Shown: positions 27,040-37,384, counted from the first letter of the stretch. The stretch is 64,000 nt of DNA from Candidatus Lindowbacteria bacterium RIFCSPLOWO2_12_FULL_62_27 (GCA_001784175.1 MFPR01000004.1:248001-312000); one strand, 5' to 3'. The notes: generated from the sequence alone by a model not told the origin. Translations and numbers: made by a program.

Positions 27040-27126
27040 GTTGGTCGGCAGTATACGCGCGCGGCGGTGCGCCTTCAAGCGGCCGCCTTGCAAAGGCGGC
27101 CGGAAGCGTGGCATAAGTAGCAAACG
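27040..27126. promoter_or_regulatory. 87-bp divergent promoter module, copy 1
   Basis: Leftward TTGAAG-N17-TATACT; rightward TTGCAA-N18-CATAAG with extended -10 TG; homologous to 35585-35671. Confidence 0.6.
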
Positions 27127-28734
27127 ATGAGCCAACCCCTCCCTTCGGAACCGAGGCGTTTCGCATGGTGGCCGTTCGCGCTGGTGGGATTCACGTGCGC
27201 GCTGTATTTCGACACCTTTTTTCATGAATTCACGTACGATGACATCGACTGCATATTGAAAAACGATGCCCTCCGGGATATATCGAATCTTGCCGCTCTT
27301 CTGGATCCCGCGCGTTACTTCGAAGTGGCCGTCGAGACGAGCTACCGGCCGGTGGTGACGCTGATGTACTTCATCGAGTCGGCGCTGTTCGGCACGAATC
27401 CGACCGGATTTCATGCGTTCGGGATCCTGCTTCACGCCGCCTGCGGCGTCCTGACGGCATCGCTCTGTCTCAGGCTTGGATTGGACAGGCCACCGGCGTT
27501 TTTTGCGGCGGCGGTCTTTTTGTCTCATCCGGCAGCGACCGAGGTCGTGAACAGCGTCGGATTTCATGAGGACCTGATCGCCCTTTTCTTCCTGCTTGCC
27601 GCTCTCACCATGACGCTCCATGGAACCGCCGGCAGGCCCGTTCAAATGGTTGGCGCAACACTTTTATATTTTCTGGCGCTGTTGTCGAAAGAGGTGTCGA
27701 TCTTCTTTCCGTGCGCTGTCTGGTTCATTCTTCGCCGGCAGGGGTGGGACGTCGGGCAGCGGCTCAGGATGATGGCGTGGCTGGGCGCGGCGCTCGCGAT
27801 CTATGCCATGTTGCGGTTCTCCGTGTTCCTGCCGCCGCCCGATGTCAGAACCATTTACAAACCCGGGGACATGCCGGTGAAGGAGACGGTGTTGACGATG
27901 TCGGTGATCGCCGTGAATTACATTCGTCTGTTTTTCCTCCCGATCGGCCTCTGCGCCGCCCATCCCGTGTTTGTTTATACGCAGATCAATGCCGTCGCGG
28001 CGGCGGCGATCGCGGTCCTTGCGGGGTTCGGCGCGCTGTTTGTCCGATCCCGGCTTTTCCCCGTGCGGCTGGGGGGACTGTGGTGCGCGCTATTTTTATT
28101 GCCGGTGTCTCAAATCGTCGCCACCGCGCAACCCTCGAGCGAACGGTTCCTGTACGTGCCCCTCGCCGGCGCCACCATCGCGTTCGTCGCGGCATGGGAT
28201 GACCATTTTTCCGATTCGCGCGTTTGGCGCCGATGGATTCCCTGCCTCATCGTACTCGCGCTGTCCGCGCTGACGTTCCAGCGCAATCCGGTCTGGCGGA
28301 CACAGGAAATATTGTTCAAGAATGTTGTGAGGAAATATCCCAACAGCAGTTTTGCGCTCAACGCGCTGGGCGCACGCGCATTTGGCCTCGGATACGATGC
28401 CCTGGCCGAATCCTATTTCAAACAGGCCATCGCCCATCAACCCGCCAACTACCACTACCTGGCCAACCTCGCCACGCTGTATTTTCGGATGATGCGATAC
28501 GCCGAATCGATCCCGATTCTCGAGGACATGATGGCGATCCATCCGGAAGACGGCAATCCCCGGCTGAAACTCGCGTGGTCCTACTGGATGACCGGCGACT
28601 ACGAGAAGTGCCGCCGGCAGGTCAAAACGCTCCGGCGTGTCCCGCTCCGCGACACGCGGGACCAGGCGTCCTTCAAGGAACTGGAAGGCAATATCGCGGC
28701 GCTAGGCGATACCGGATCCATCCGGCCGCGATAG
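27127..28734 (+). CDS. TMTC-like GT-C protein O-mannosyltransferase homolog with TPRs (subtype YDD)
   Basis: FTYDD, YRPV, HPAATEVV, LLSKE, SERFLYVP, RNPVW, TPR tail. Confidence 0.82.
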   Translation: MSQPLPSEPRRFAWWPFALVGFTCALYFDTFFHEFTYDDIDCILKNDALRDISNLAALLDPARYFEVAVETSYRPVVTLMYFIESALFGTNPTGFHAFGILLHAACGVLTASLCLRLGLDRPPAFFAAAVFLSHPAATEVVNSVGFHEDLIALFFLLAALTMTLHGTAGRPVQMVGATLLYFLALLSKEVSIFFPCAVWFILRRQGWDVGQRLRMMAWLGAALAIYAMLRFSVFLPPPDVRTIYKPGDMPVKETVLTMSVIAVNYIRLFFLPIGLCAAHPVFVYTQINAVAAAAIAVLAGFGALFVRSRLFPVRLGGLWCALFLLPVSQIVATAQPSSERFLYVPLAGATIAFVAAWDDHFSDSRVWRRWIPCLIVLALSALTFQRNPVWRTQEILFKNVVRKYPNSSFALNALGARAFGLGYDALAESYFKQAIAHQPANYHYLANLATLYFRMMRYAESIPILEDMMAIHPEDGNPRLKLAWSYWMTGDYEKCRRQVKTLRRVPLRDTRDQASFKELEGNIAALGDTGSIRPR

Positions 28735-28755
28735 CCGGCGGGAGCACGGGAGCCG

Positions 28756-29352
28756 CTACTCTTCCACCGCCAACATGCCCTCGAGGATCTGTTCCGACGC
28801 CGCCTTCAAACCTTTGACTCTCTCGATTTCTGGACAGTCCGGATACTTCGCGATCAGGATTTCCGCCTCTTTAATCGTCTTTGCGTGATCCTGCCGGGCC
28901 AGATAAAAATTGACGACTTCAAGATAATACATTCCGGCGCGTTTGGAATCCGGCTCGATCTGCGCGGATTTCTTGGCGTATTGGATGGCCTTGTCCAGGT
29001 GGCCAAGCTTGTCGTACGCCTTCGCCACCATGTGATACGCCTCCGGGGCGCCGGACAGATTCTCATTGACGACGACATTCAGGAGGCCGAACATCTCATG
29101 CAGGTGCGATTTTTGTTGAGTGGCGCCGTACAATTCAAAGGCCGTCGCGGCGCCCGCGATGAGGATGCGGCTGCGCGCGTCTCCGGTTTCGTCCACATAC
29201 GCTTCCTTCGAGAATTTCAGCGCCTCGACAAGATCCTTTTTTCGAGTTTTGAGAAAATGCATCCGGTTCAGTTTCGCTTCCGGCGTCATCCCTCCGCCGC
29301 AATTCAGAACGAACGCCAGCGCAACCGCCAGCATCGCCATCCGGGCATTCAT
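28756..29352 (-). CDS. TPR lipoprotein downstream of the pseudopilin genes
   Basis: Lipobox-like FVLNC; TPR-like AYHMVAKAYDKLG..AIQY..A..IEP. Confidence 0.65.
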   Translation of the reverse strand: MNARMAMLAVALAFVLNCGGGMTPEAKLNRMHFLKTRKKDLVEALKFSKEAYVDETGDARSRILIAGAATAFELYGATQQKSHLHEMFGLLNVVVNENLSGAPEAYHMVAKAYDKLGHLDKAIQYAKKSAQIEPDSKRAGMYYLEVVNFYLARQDHAKTIKEAEILIAKYPDCPEIERVKGLKAASEQILEGMLAVEE

Positions 29353-29400
29353 GGTGTCACACTATCTTGGGGAGGCACCTGAAGGAAGAGGGCGAAAACG

Positions 29401-30528
29401 TCAGAAATTGCTGTCGTAGATGAAAAACGAATTTTCGTAATCGTAACTGCTGTTGACAATGTAGGGCGGGACGGGGAGGTCCCGTTTTTCGAAATACCAT
29501 TCCCGATTGGCGCAGTCCTGGTAGCCGGTGGCGGACCGCTTGATGATGCGCATGACCTGATACTGTGCCTCCCGGCAGCCGACGGTGGGGTCCGGGCAGG
29601 AGCCGGCGCCGGGATCCTTGACGACCCATCCCTGGGATTTGATGAGAAAGAATCCCTCGGAATTGAGCCGGCCGTAATTCTGCGCCACCCAGTTGATCTG
29701 GGTTCTCTGCGCGGTGTTCGTCGTGGGCGATGTAAACGCCGTGGCGTACGCCGACCATGCGCCCAAGTTGTTTGCCACACCCGTCGGGTTGTTGTCCTTC
29801 GTCCAGTCGTCATACACGGCATTGGCGTCCTGGCCGCTCCCGCCACGCCGGCATCGGAGGAGTTTGCGCGAGTAGGTGGGGGCGTTGGTGGACGTCGATC
29901 CCGCCACCAGTTTCATCATGGCGCCGATGATGTCCGGCGGGTCGAGCGCGCTGTAATCATCCTTGAGGTCCACCGTGTTGATGTTGATGGCAACGTCCCG
30001 GCCGTACGGCGAAACCCCGGTCACCCGGTCGTCGGACAGGCCGCCGACAAACGCATATTCGGAGATCGTCCAGTAATCTCCGTTCACGCACGAATTCGCC
30101 GCGGCGGCGTCGTAATTCGGAACCTTGTCGATGAGGGAGGCCGACTTGGCGCTGTTGGTCGCGTTGGCCTTGGGCCGGCCGGAGAGATCCACCACCAGAA
30201 CATGGAAATAGACGCCCTGGACGGAATCGAGCGCATAGGGGACGGTCGCGCCGGCGGTACTTTCCGTCACGAGGTACCAGTTCTCCCCGTGATGGTCGAC
30301 AGCGGATGAGCTGACGACATCCTGGACGAGGAGGCCGGCCGTGAGGCGGACGCCGGCCAGGGCCGCGAGACGGGCCTGGTCGCCGGAGAGCAGAAGCTGT
30401 GCGACGTTGATTTCTTTCGACCCGGCCGTGAGGTAGGCACTGGCCAGAGAAATGATAAACGCCAGAATGACGAGCGCCAGCAATGAAATGAATCCTTTCT
30501 GTGGCCTGCGCTCCCTTGTTCCGTTCAT
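29401..30528 (-). CDS. GspK/PilX-like minor pseudopilin
   Basis: QKG|FISLL class III signal without Glu5; QARLAALAGV; DLSGR; ININT. Confidence 0.75.
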   Translation of the reverse strand: MNGTRERRPQKGFISLLALVILAFIISLASAYLTAGSKEINVAQLLLSGDQARLAALAGVRLTAGLLVQDVVSSSAVDHHGENWYLVTESTAGATVPYALDSVQGVYFHVLVVDLSGRPKANATNSAKSASLIDKVPNYDAAAANSCVNGDYWTISEYAFVGGLSDDRVTGVSPYGRDVAININTVDLKDDYSALDPPDIIGAMMKLVAGSTSTNAPTYSRKLLRCRRGGSGQDANAVYDDWTKDNNPTGVANNLGAWSAYATAFTSPTTNTAQRTQINWVAQNYGRLNSEGFFLIKSQGWVVKDPGAGSCPDPTVGCREAQYQVMRIIKRSATGYQDCANREWYFEKRDLPVPPYIVNSSYDYENSFFIYDSNF

Positions 30529-30559
30529 GACGGGTTCCTCCTTTTTATCACACGACGCA

Positions 30560-31264
30560 TCAGGGATACGTTGCGTTGTTTCTCATGGTGGAGACATCGA
30601 CGGCGAACGTATGATCATCCACCATGTTGTCCGGATCGTAAAAGGTAACCTTGATCCGGATTCTCGACGGGAACCCGAGTTCCGTTCCGGTATAGCTGTA
30701 GGTCCCGCTGCCGCCCGCCGGATTGCCGTCCTTGTCCCAAGCCGTAAAATCCAGGCTTCGCACATTCTGGGCGATCATCACATCGACGCCGCCGGTCCAG
30801 TAACTCGTCGCAATGGCGCTCAAGCGCCCCTCTTCCTGCCGGCGGTAGAGATACGTCTGCCCGCCCGAGGACACGACGTGATAATGGATTTCGGTGAGAT
30901 CGCCGTTTCGGGTCGCGCCCGACGTAAATTCGTCCTTCTGGTGCAGGTTGCCCGTGAAGGATATTTCCTCGCCGCCCACGCCGGCGGCCTGGATCACCAG
31001 CCACGGTTTGGGCGTCCGCGCGCTGGTTTCCCCATACATGCCGTAGGGGTGGAACGCGGAAGCGATTTCGCGCGTCATGCGCGTGAGGACGACCCTGGCC
31101 TGCTGGGCCATCTCGATTCTCTTTTTGAGGACACTGAGCGATTTTGTTCCATTGTAGATGACCTGCATCATCGCCATGAACATGAGTGACGAAATGGCCA
31201 CGGCCACCAGAAGTTCGATCAAGCTCATGCCCCGCCGGCTGTCCAAGTCTCTCACCGCCATCAT
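30560..31264 (-). CDS. GspJ/PilW-like minor pilin
   Basis: RG|MSLIELLVAVAI prepilin motif; R..L..M.REI. Confidence 0.85.
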   Translation of the reverse strand: MMAVRDLDSRRGMSLIELLVAVAISSLMFMAMMQVIYNGTKSLSVLKKRIEMAQQARVVLTRMTREIASAFHPYGMYGETSARTPKPWLVIQAAGVGGEEISFTGNLHQKDEFTSGATRNGDLTEIHYHVVSSGGQTYLYRRQEEGRLSAIATSYWTGGVDVMIAQNVRSLDFTAWDKDGNPAGGSGTYSYTGTELGFPSRIRIKVTFYDPDNMVDDHTFAVDVSTMRNNATYP

Positions 31265-31695
31265 CCCCCTCGAATCGTCTTGATCGACGACGCCTTGATC
31301 TGATGCTGCTTGCCCCTCAGGTCGTACGCTTTCACCGTGATCTCGACCTTGACCGATTTCCCCGTCAAATCGTACGGCGACGCCGACAGGCCGGCCGACG
31401 TGATGGGCGTCACCGCCGTCGTATAGGTGATGTTCCGGTAGGTCGGCACGTTAAACTCGGATTCAAAATCGCCGCCCGAGCTGGTGGGCAACGCCGCGGC
31501 GGCGTCGATCTGTTCCAGTTTCGACTGCGCGAGCATCCCCATCAGCATGTATTTTTTGTACATGTCCATTTCGGTCTGCATGTGAGTGATCATGTCGAGC
31601 GCCGCCGAAAGGCCGGTGGCGACGAGAAAGACGGCCACCAGCGCGTCGAGCAGCGCGAAGCCCTTCTCCTCGTGACTGCGGTTTGTCAGGGACAT
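31261..31695 (-). CDS. GspI/PilV-like minor pilin
   Basis: KG|FALLDALVAV prepilin motif (Asp at +5); LAQSKLEQI. Confidence 0.78.
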   Translation of the reverse strand: MSLTNRSHEEKGFALLDALVAVFLVATGLSAALDMITHMQTEMDMYKKYMLMGMLAQSKLEQIDAAAALPTSSGGDFESEFNVPTYRNITYTTAVTPITSAGLSASPYDLTGKSVKVEITVKAYDLRGKQHQIKASSIKTIRGG

Positions 31696-32276
31696 GACGT
31701 GGCCGCATCCGCACAATGTCGACGCTCCACCTGCACAAACGACGTTCGCTGATGAATAAAGAACGTAAACCACGCGGAATTGTCGCTCGTCGATGGCGTC
31801 GTCGGACCCGTGGACATTCTCATCATGACAAAATTCGAATAGGTTGGGGCGGTGCCGCCAGTCCCAGCCAGGTTGTAGCGCGAATCTCCCCGATGGAGAA
31901 ACTCCAATTTCGCCGGCGTTGTCGGTTTCACATACTCAAATTTCACGTCCGTCCATGTGGCCGGGATACTATACTGGCCGAACAGCGTTTCGGTACCCGC
32001 GTCGTAATCACGCTCATAATCGTTGTCGACCCAAATCAGAACCTGGTCGGTTCCCGACGGGTCGAGTTGCACCACCACATTCCGCCCGAGGGCCATGCCG
32101 GCCGCCGCCGCGCCCCTGATCAGCGACGCGACCTGCCCCGCGGCCGCAACAAGATGGTCTTTCGACTTGTCGCGCTTGTACTTCACAAAAGCCGCGCCGG
32201 CCGCCAAGGAGATGATCCCAACAACGACCAACAGCTCAATGAGTGAAAATCCGTACTCCGTTTTGCCATCGCGCAT
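31686..32276 (-). CDS. GspH/FimT-like minor pilin
   Basis: YG|FSLIELLVVVGII prepilin motif; FimT-like body. Confidence 0.85.
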   Translation of the reverse strand: MRDGKTEYGFSLIELLVVVGIISLAAGAAFVKYKRDKSKDHLVAAAGQVASLIRGAAAAGMALGRNVVVQLDPSGTDQVLIWVDNDYERDYDAGTETLFGQYSIPATWTDVKFEYVKPTTPAKLEFLHRGDSRYNLAGTGGTAPTYSNFVMMRMSTGPTTPSTSDNSAWFTFFIHQRTSFVQVERRHCADAATSCP

Positions 32277-32427
32277 AGATCATTACCCCGTGCAATATTC
32301 GTTCAACTTGCCCGTAGCCGGGCAGAAATGCCGTAAGGAACTGATCATTAGTTAGTAAATAAAACTGCCCCACCACAACGACCGCCCTTATGAGTAAAAA
32401 TAATTTGAAGATGGTAAAAAAATCAAG

Positions 32428-32460
32428 ACCCCCCTCTTTCCCCCCTTTGCAAGGGGGGAT
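32428..32460. repeat. CCCCCCTTTGCAAGGGGGG palindromic repeat
   Basis: Family shared with 6079-6110 and 55676-55712. Confidence 0.7.
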
Positions 32461-32513
32461 GAAGCGAGGGAATCCATATTCATTTGTCCACAGGACATGC
32501 TAATACATTGAAT

Positions 32514-34175
32514 ATGGCACAGGGAGCAGACCGCGCGAAACCATTTCTGGCTGGAGCGATCATCGTGTTGCTCACCTTCGCGGTATATGGGCAGACGTTG
32601 AAAGCGGGATTTGTCTGGGACGATGAAGGCAACATCCTGCGCAATCCCATGCTTCGATCGGTGGCCGGGCTTTTACGGATATGGACCGAGCCGCTGGCGG
32701 TCCCGCAGTATTATCCGATGACCTACACCACGTTTTGGATCGAGTACCGGCTTTGGGGACTCAATCCTTCCGGCTACCATGCCGTGAATGTACTGCTCCA
32801 TGCGTCCAATGCCGTTCTCCTCCACATCGTCCTGAGAACACTCGCCGTGCCCGGGGCGTGGCTGGCCGCTGCTGCCTTTGCCGTCCACCCTCTACACGTC
32901 GAATCGGTCGCGTGGGTGACGGAACGGAAGAACGTCCTGTCGACCTTCTTTTTTCTGCTGGCATTTCACAGGTTTCTGGCCTTCCGCCTAACGCGATCCG
33001 CCGGCGCCTATGTGGGCGCGCTCGGATTTTACATCTGCGCCCTCCTCAGCAAATCTACCGCGTGCATGATGCCGGTCATTCTTCTTGTCATCCTGTGGTG
33101 GAAGGAAGGCCGGCCGGGATGGAATGCAATCGCGCCGATCCTTCCGATGATGTTCCTCGGCGCGTGTATGGCGCTCGTGACGATGCGGGTGGAGACCGAG
33201 ATGGGGGCGTGGGGGCCCGAATGGTCACTGGGTGCAGGCGAGCGGATGGCGAATGCCGGCCGATCGCTGTGGTTTTATGTCTGGAAATTGATCTGGCCAA
33301 ATCCGCTGATGACGATGTATCCGCGCTGGTCGACGGACCCGGCGCAGGTCACGAGTTACATCTACGCCCTGTCCTCGGCCGCCGTCCTCTCCGCCCTCTG
33401 GCTCTTCCGCGACCGCATCGGCAAAGCGCCCGTAACGGCGGCGGCCGTGTATGCCGTCATGGTCTTTCCGTCGCTGGGATTTATCGATTTTTATTATATG
33501 CGGTACTCATTCGTGGCGGATCATTTCATCTATCCGGCCGACGCCGCGCTTCTGGCGGCATTTGCGTCGTGGCTGGGCCGGGGCCGGCGCCGATGGGTTG
33601 GCTGTGCGCTCCTGCTCGGCTGGGCGTGTCTCACGGCGAGCCACGCATCGGTGTTTCGAACCGAGGAGACCCTGTGGCGTGACACTCTGCGGAAAAATCC
33701 GCAGGCGTGGGCGGCTCACATCCACCTGGGTCTTGTGGAATCGAACCGCGGCGATGCGGTTGCCGCGAAAACGCATTTCCTGGCCGCTCTGAAGATCGAC
33801 CCCGGCAATCCGGAGGCGAACCTCGGCCTCGGCAACCTGCTCCTCGCCGAGGGCGACGCGGCCTCCGCGCTGAATCGCTATCTGGACGGCCTCCAAACCG
33901 ATCCCCATCGGGCCGAAACAAACATCAATGTCGCCCGCGTTCTCTTGGACTTGAACCGTCTGACGGAGGCCGAAGCGTACTTGTCGCGCGCCTTGGACCT
34001 TGATCCGGACCATCCCGTAGGCTTGAACAACTTTGGCGTCCTCCGCGCCCGGCAGGGCCGGTTGGCGGAGGCGATGGAGTATTTGACGCATGCCGTGAAC
34101 GCCGATCCGGACTACGAAGACGCGCGGCGAAATTACCGGACGGTCGATGCCGCGCTTCGCAAGTCCCGTCCCTAG
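32514..34175 (+). CDS. TMTC-like GT-C protein with TPRs (subtype WDD)
   Basis: FVWDD, QYYP, HPLHVESVAWVTERKNVLS, LLSK, SFVADHF, TPR repeats. Confidence 0.85.
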   Translation: MAQGADRAKPFLAGAIIVLLTFAVYGQTLKAGFVWDDEGNILRNPMLRSVAGLLRIWTEPLAVPQYYPMTYTTFWIEYRLWGLNPSGYHAVNVLLHASNAVLLHIVLRTLAVPGAWLAAAAFAVHPLHVESVAWVTERKNVLSTFFFLLAFHRFLAFRLTRSAGAYVGALGFYICALLSKSTACMMPVILLVILWWKEGRPGWNAIAPILPMMFLGACMALVTMRVETEMGAWGPEWSLGAGERMANAGRSLWFYVWKLIWPNPLMTMYPRWSTDPAQVTSYIYALSSAAVLSALWLFRDRIGKAPVTAAAVYAVMVFPSLGFIDFYYMRYSFVADHFIYPADAALLAAFASWLGRGRRRWVGCALLLGWACLTASHASVFRTEETLWRDTLRKNPQAWAAHIHLGLVESNRGDAVAAKTHFLAALKIDPGNPEANLGLGNLLLAEGDAASALNRYLDGLQTDPHRAETNINVARVLLDLNRLTEAEAYLSRALDLDPDHPVGLNNFGVLRARQGRLAEAMEYLTHAVNADPDYEDARRNYRTVDAALRKSRP

Positions 34176-35584
34176 CGCGGACCGCGCTTCGCCAGATCCT
34201 CCATCAGCTCGTTCGCTTCCACTTGGCGTCCCGTGGCGTTGTAGATGTGGGCCAGATTCACAAGACATGGGAAACACTCCGGCTTGAGTTCCAGCGCCCT
34301 TAGAACATACACTTCCGCAAGTTCATACCTCTCCTTCCGCAGGGCCGCCGACGCAAGATAATTAAACGCGATCATGTTGCGCGGATTCTTCCGGAGGGCG
34401 TCTTCAAAAAGACTTTCGTGCGTTCGCCATGCCGGGTTCCGCAGCAGGGTGAGACCGGCCAAAATCAACACCATGACCCAGGGAATCCGTCGATTCAAAA
34501 ATCCCGGGCCGGAAAATTGGGCGTCCCATGCAAAGACCAGCGCCCCACAGGCGCCGGCCAGCGGCACGTAGAGAAATCGTTCGCTTGAAAAATGGGAGAC
34601 GGGCACGATCTGGGCGACAGGCAAAATGAAAAGCAGACACCAGAGACCGCCCCATCGGACAAGGGACACCCGGGATTTCAAAAACAGGATAAAAAATCCG
34701 GCCAGCGTCAGAATCGTCAGGATCGTCCGCACCGACAGGTGAGACCGGATTTCCACCGCGTGCGCGACCGAAAGGCCGACCGGAACGAAGAAGAGCCGGA
34801 TGTAATTCAGCATGACGGCCGACATCGTAAACAGCGTTTCCTTGAACGGCAGCCGGAGCGGTTGCAGGACGGGCTCGATGGGCGGCCGGAAGATGAAAAA
34901 TCTCAGCGACAGATACAGGGCGAGCGCCGATCCCATCGAAAGCGCGAGCAGGATCAAGGAGCGCCGGTCCCATCCCTTCTCCCGCACCAGGATCACAAGC
35001 GCGACGGGGAAAAGGATGGCGACCTCCTTGGACAGGAGCGCGACAAGATAGGCGGCCGAGCAGGCCAAGGACTGAATTCCCCGCGGGCGCCGGTCCGAAA
35101 GCCCGACAGACATGGACAGCAGGAGAAAAAAGAGGGCCAGAATATCCTCCAAAAATCCAACGGCGTTGACGGCCTCCGCAGCCGCGGGATGCGCCAAAAA
35201 GAGGGCGCCGGCTAAAATCGCGCGGAGATCAGACAGACCCAGTTTCCGTCCCACCCACGCCAACCCCAGGCCGCAGCACGCATGGAGAAATATATTGACG
35301 GCATGATATCCGAAGGGGTTTACGCCGAAAAAAAACGCCTCCAGAAAATAAACCAGCGTGACCATGGGCCGGTAAGTCGTTTCGCTGGAAACCGGGAAGT
35401 AGTCCCGGGGAGAGATCAGTGCCTTCAAATTGTCAGGATCGTGAATCTTCTGATTTTCCGCCACCGCATGAAAATCGTCGTAGGAGAACTCGTGGGAAAA
35501 CGTGTCGAAATAGAGAATACAGGCGAAGGCAAACAAGGCGCCCAGCCACAGTGGAAAGGAATCCTTCTTGAAGAAACGATTCAT
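34172..35584 (-). CDS. TMTC-like GT-C protein with short TPR tail (subtype YDD; paralog of 27127)
   Basis: LYFDTFSHEFSYDD, TYRPMV, HPAAAEAV, LLSKE, SSERFLYVPLAG, RNPAW. Confidence 0.82.
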   Translation of the reverse strand: MNRFFKKDSFPLWLGALFAFACILYFDTFSHEFSYDDFHAVAENQKIHDPDNLKALISPRDYFPVSSETTYRPMVTLVYFLEAFFFGVNPFGYHAVNIFLHACCGLGLAWVGRKLGLSDLRAILAGALFLAHPAAAEAVNAVGFLEDILALFFLLLSMSVGLSDRRPRGIQSLACSAAYLVALLSKEVAILFPVALVILVREKGWDRRSLILLALSMGSALALYLSLRFFIFRPPIEPVLQPLRLPFKETLFTMSAVMLNYIRLFFVPVGLSVAHAVEIRSHLSVRTILTILTLAGFFILFLKSRVSLVRWGGLWCLLFILPVAQIVPVSHFSSERFLYVPLAGACGALVFAWDAQFSGPGFLNRRIPWVMVLILAGLTLLRNPAWRTHESLFEDALRKNPRNMIAFNYLASAALRKERYELAEVYVLRALELKPECFPCLVNLAHIYNATGRQVEANELMEDLAKRGPR

Positions 35585-35671
35585 TTTCTCTTATGCCACG
35601 TTTTCCACGGAACTTGCAAGAGACGTTCTCCTTGAAGACGGCGCCCGCCCTCTCGTATACTCCACGCCATC
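35585..35671. promoter_or_regulatory. 87-bp divergent promoter module, copy 2
   Basis: Leftward TTGCAA-N18-CATAAG, rightward TTGAAG-N18-TATACT; aligns with the reverse complement of 27040-27126. Confidence 0.6.
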
Positions 35672-37384
35672 ATGGAAACTCCGCCGTTGGCGTTCCAAAT
35701 ATCCACGAGAAAACTCTCCGCCGCCCTGCTTGGGATGGTCCTCATCGCCTATTTTCCCGCGCTTCGGGGCGAATTCATCTGGGACGACGACGATCACGTG
35801 TCGAACAACCGGCTCGTGCAGTCGGCCGATGGGCCGGCGGACATCTGGTTTCGGGTCGGCGCCACGAATCAGTACTATCCGCTGACGTACACATCGTTTT
35901 GGATCGAATATCGTCTGTGGGGACTCCATCCGACGGGTTACCATCTAACGAACGCGGGCCTGCACGGGATCAACGCGATTCTTGTGGGACAGGCGCTGCG
36001 TCATCTGTGCGTTCCGGGCGCGTGGGTGGCCGCGGCGCTGTTTGCCGTGCACCCAGTCCACGTGGAATCGGTCGCCTGGATTTCGGAACGCAAGAATGTC
36101 CTGTCCGGATTTTTTTATCTCTCCGCGCTGCTGGCATATCTCAACTCGATCTCCGACGGTTCAAAGAGGCGCGGCCGATTGTACGCGCTGTCGATCCTGT
36201 TGTACGTCTGCGCCCTGCTCAGCAAGACAGTGACGTGCACGCTGCCGGCGGTTCTGTTGCTCATCGTGTGGTGGAAGCGGGGCCGGATCGATGTGTGGGA
36301 CGTCGCGCGAATTGTTCCCATGATTCTTCTCGGCCTGGGATTCGGCGCCCTGACGGTGTGGGTGGAACGGCATCATGTGGGCGCGCTGGGACCGGAGTGG
36401 GGCCTGAGCATGGCCGAACGCGCGCTGATCGCCGGCCGGGCCGTCTGGTTTTATTTGTGGAAACTGGTGTGGCCGCATCCGCTGGCGTTCTTCTACCCGA
36501 GGTGGCCCGTCGACGCCGGCCAATTTTTCCAGTATCTCCCTCCCATCGCCGTTCTCGCGGTCCTCGCCGGACTCTGGAGGCTCCGCGCGCGATGGGGGAA
36601 AGGGCCTTGGGTGGCCGCCGCATATTTTCTGATCACGCTTTTTCCTGCGCTCGGATTTTTCAACGTGTATCCCATGAGATTTTCATTCGTCGCCGATCAT
36701 TTCCAGTATCTCGCCGCCATCGGCCCGATCGCCATGGGCGCGGCTGGGCTGGGACGCATGGCCGCGCCGCCCGCGCGTTTGTGTTCGGGGCTGCTGATCG
36801 TTCTGTTCGGTCTGCTGACTTGGAATCAGTCCATGATCTACCGGAGCGAGGAGCGGCTGTGGCGGGACACGATCGCCCAGAGTCCTGAGTCCTGGATGCC
36901 GCACGAGAATCTGGGGCTGCTGCTCGTGAAACAGGAACGCTTCGAGGAGGCGGCGCGACTGTTTGAAACCGCAATCCGCCTGAAGCCGGATCGCGCCCAT
37001 GCCTACAGCAATCTGGCCGGTTGTCTCGACCGGCTGGGCCGTCCGGAGGAGGCGCAGCGGCTTTGCGAGGAGGCGATTCGGATCGATCCCGGCCACGTCG
37101 AATCCCATTACAACCTGGGCCTCATTTTGGAAAGACGCGGTCGCATCGAGGAAGCCATCGCGGAGTACCTGGCATCGCTCAAAGGGAATCCCCATTATGT
37201 TTTCGCGCGGGCGAATCTCGGCATGCTCCTGGCCGGACAGGGCCGGCCGGCCGAGGCGTTGGCGCATCTCCGGGAGGCGGTTCGGATGGCGCCGGAGCGG
37301 ACGGAAGTTCGCGCCGTCCTGGATCGCGTGGCGGCGGAGGTGGAACAGCGGCGCGCAGAGACGGACGGGAGCGGATCGCCGTGA
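35672..37384 (+). CDS. TMTC-like GT-C protein with TPRs (subtype WDD)
   Basis: FIWDD, QYYPLT, HPVHVESVAWISERKNVLS, SFVADHFQY, multiple TPRs. Confidence 0.85.
   Translation: METPPLAFQISTRKLSAALLGMVLIAYFPALRGEFIWDDDDHVSNNRLVQSADGPADIWFRVGATNQYYPLTYTSFWIEYRLWGLHPTGYHLTNAGLHGINAILVGQALRHLCVPGAWVAAALFAVHPVHVESVAWISERKNVLSGFFYLSALLAYLNSISDGSKRRGRLYALSILLYVCALLSKTVTCTLPAVLLLIVWWKRGRIDVWDVARIVPMILLGLGFGALTVWVERHHVGALGPEWGLSMAERALIAGRAVWFYLWKLVWPHPLAFFYPRWPVDAGQFFQYLPPIAVLAVLAGLWRLRARWGKGPWVAAAYFLITLFPALGFFNVYPMRFSFVADHFQYLAAIGPIAMGAAGLGRMAAPPARLCSGLLIVLFGLLTWNQSMIYRSEERLWRDTIAQSPESWMPHENLGLLLVKQERFEEAARLFETAIRLKPDRAHAYSNLAGCLDRLGRPEEAQRLCEEAIRIDPGHVESHYNLGLILERRGRIEEAIAEYLASLKGNPHYVFARANLGMLLAGQGRPAEALAHLREAVRMAPERTEVRAVLDRVAAEVEQRRAETDGSGSP

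Noticed and set aside
32277-32345. sigma54 promoter for the pilin operon (TTGAAC-N5-TTGCA on the minus strand)
   Set aside because: Lacks the invariant GG at -24, so a link to the nearby NtrC-type activator is unsupported.
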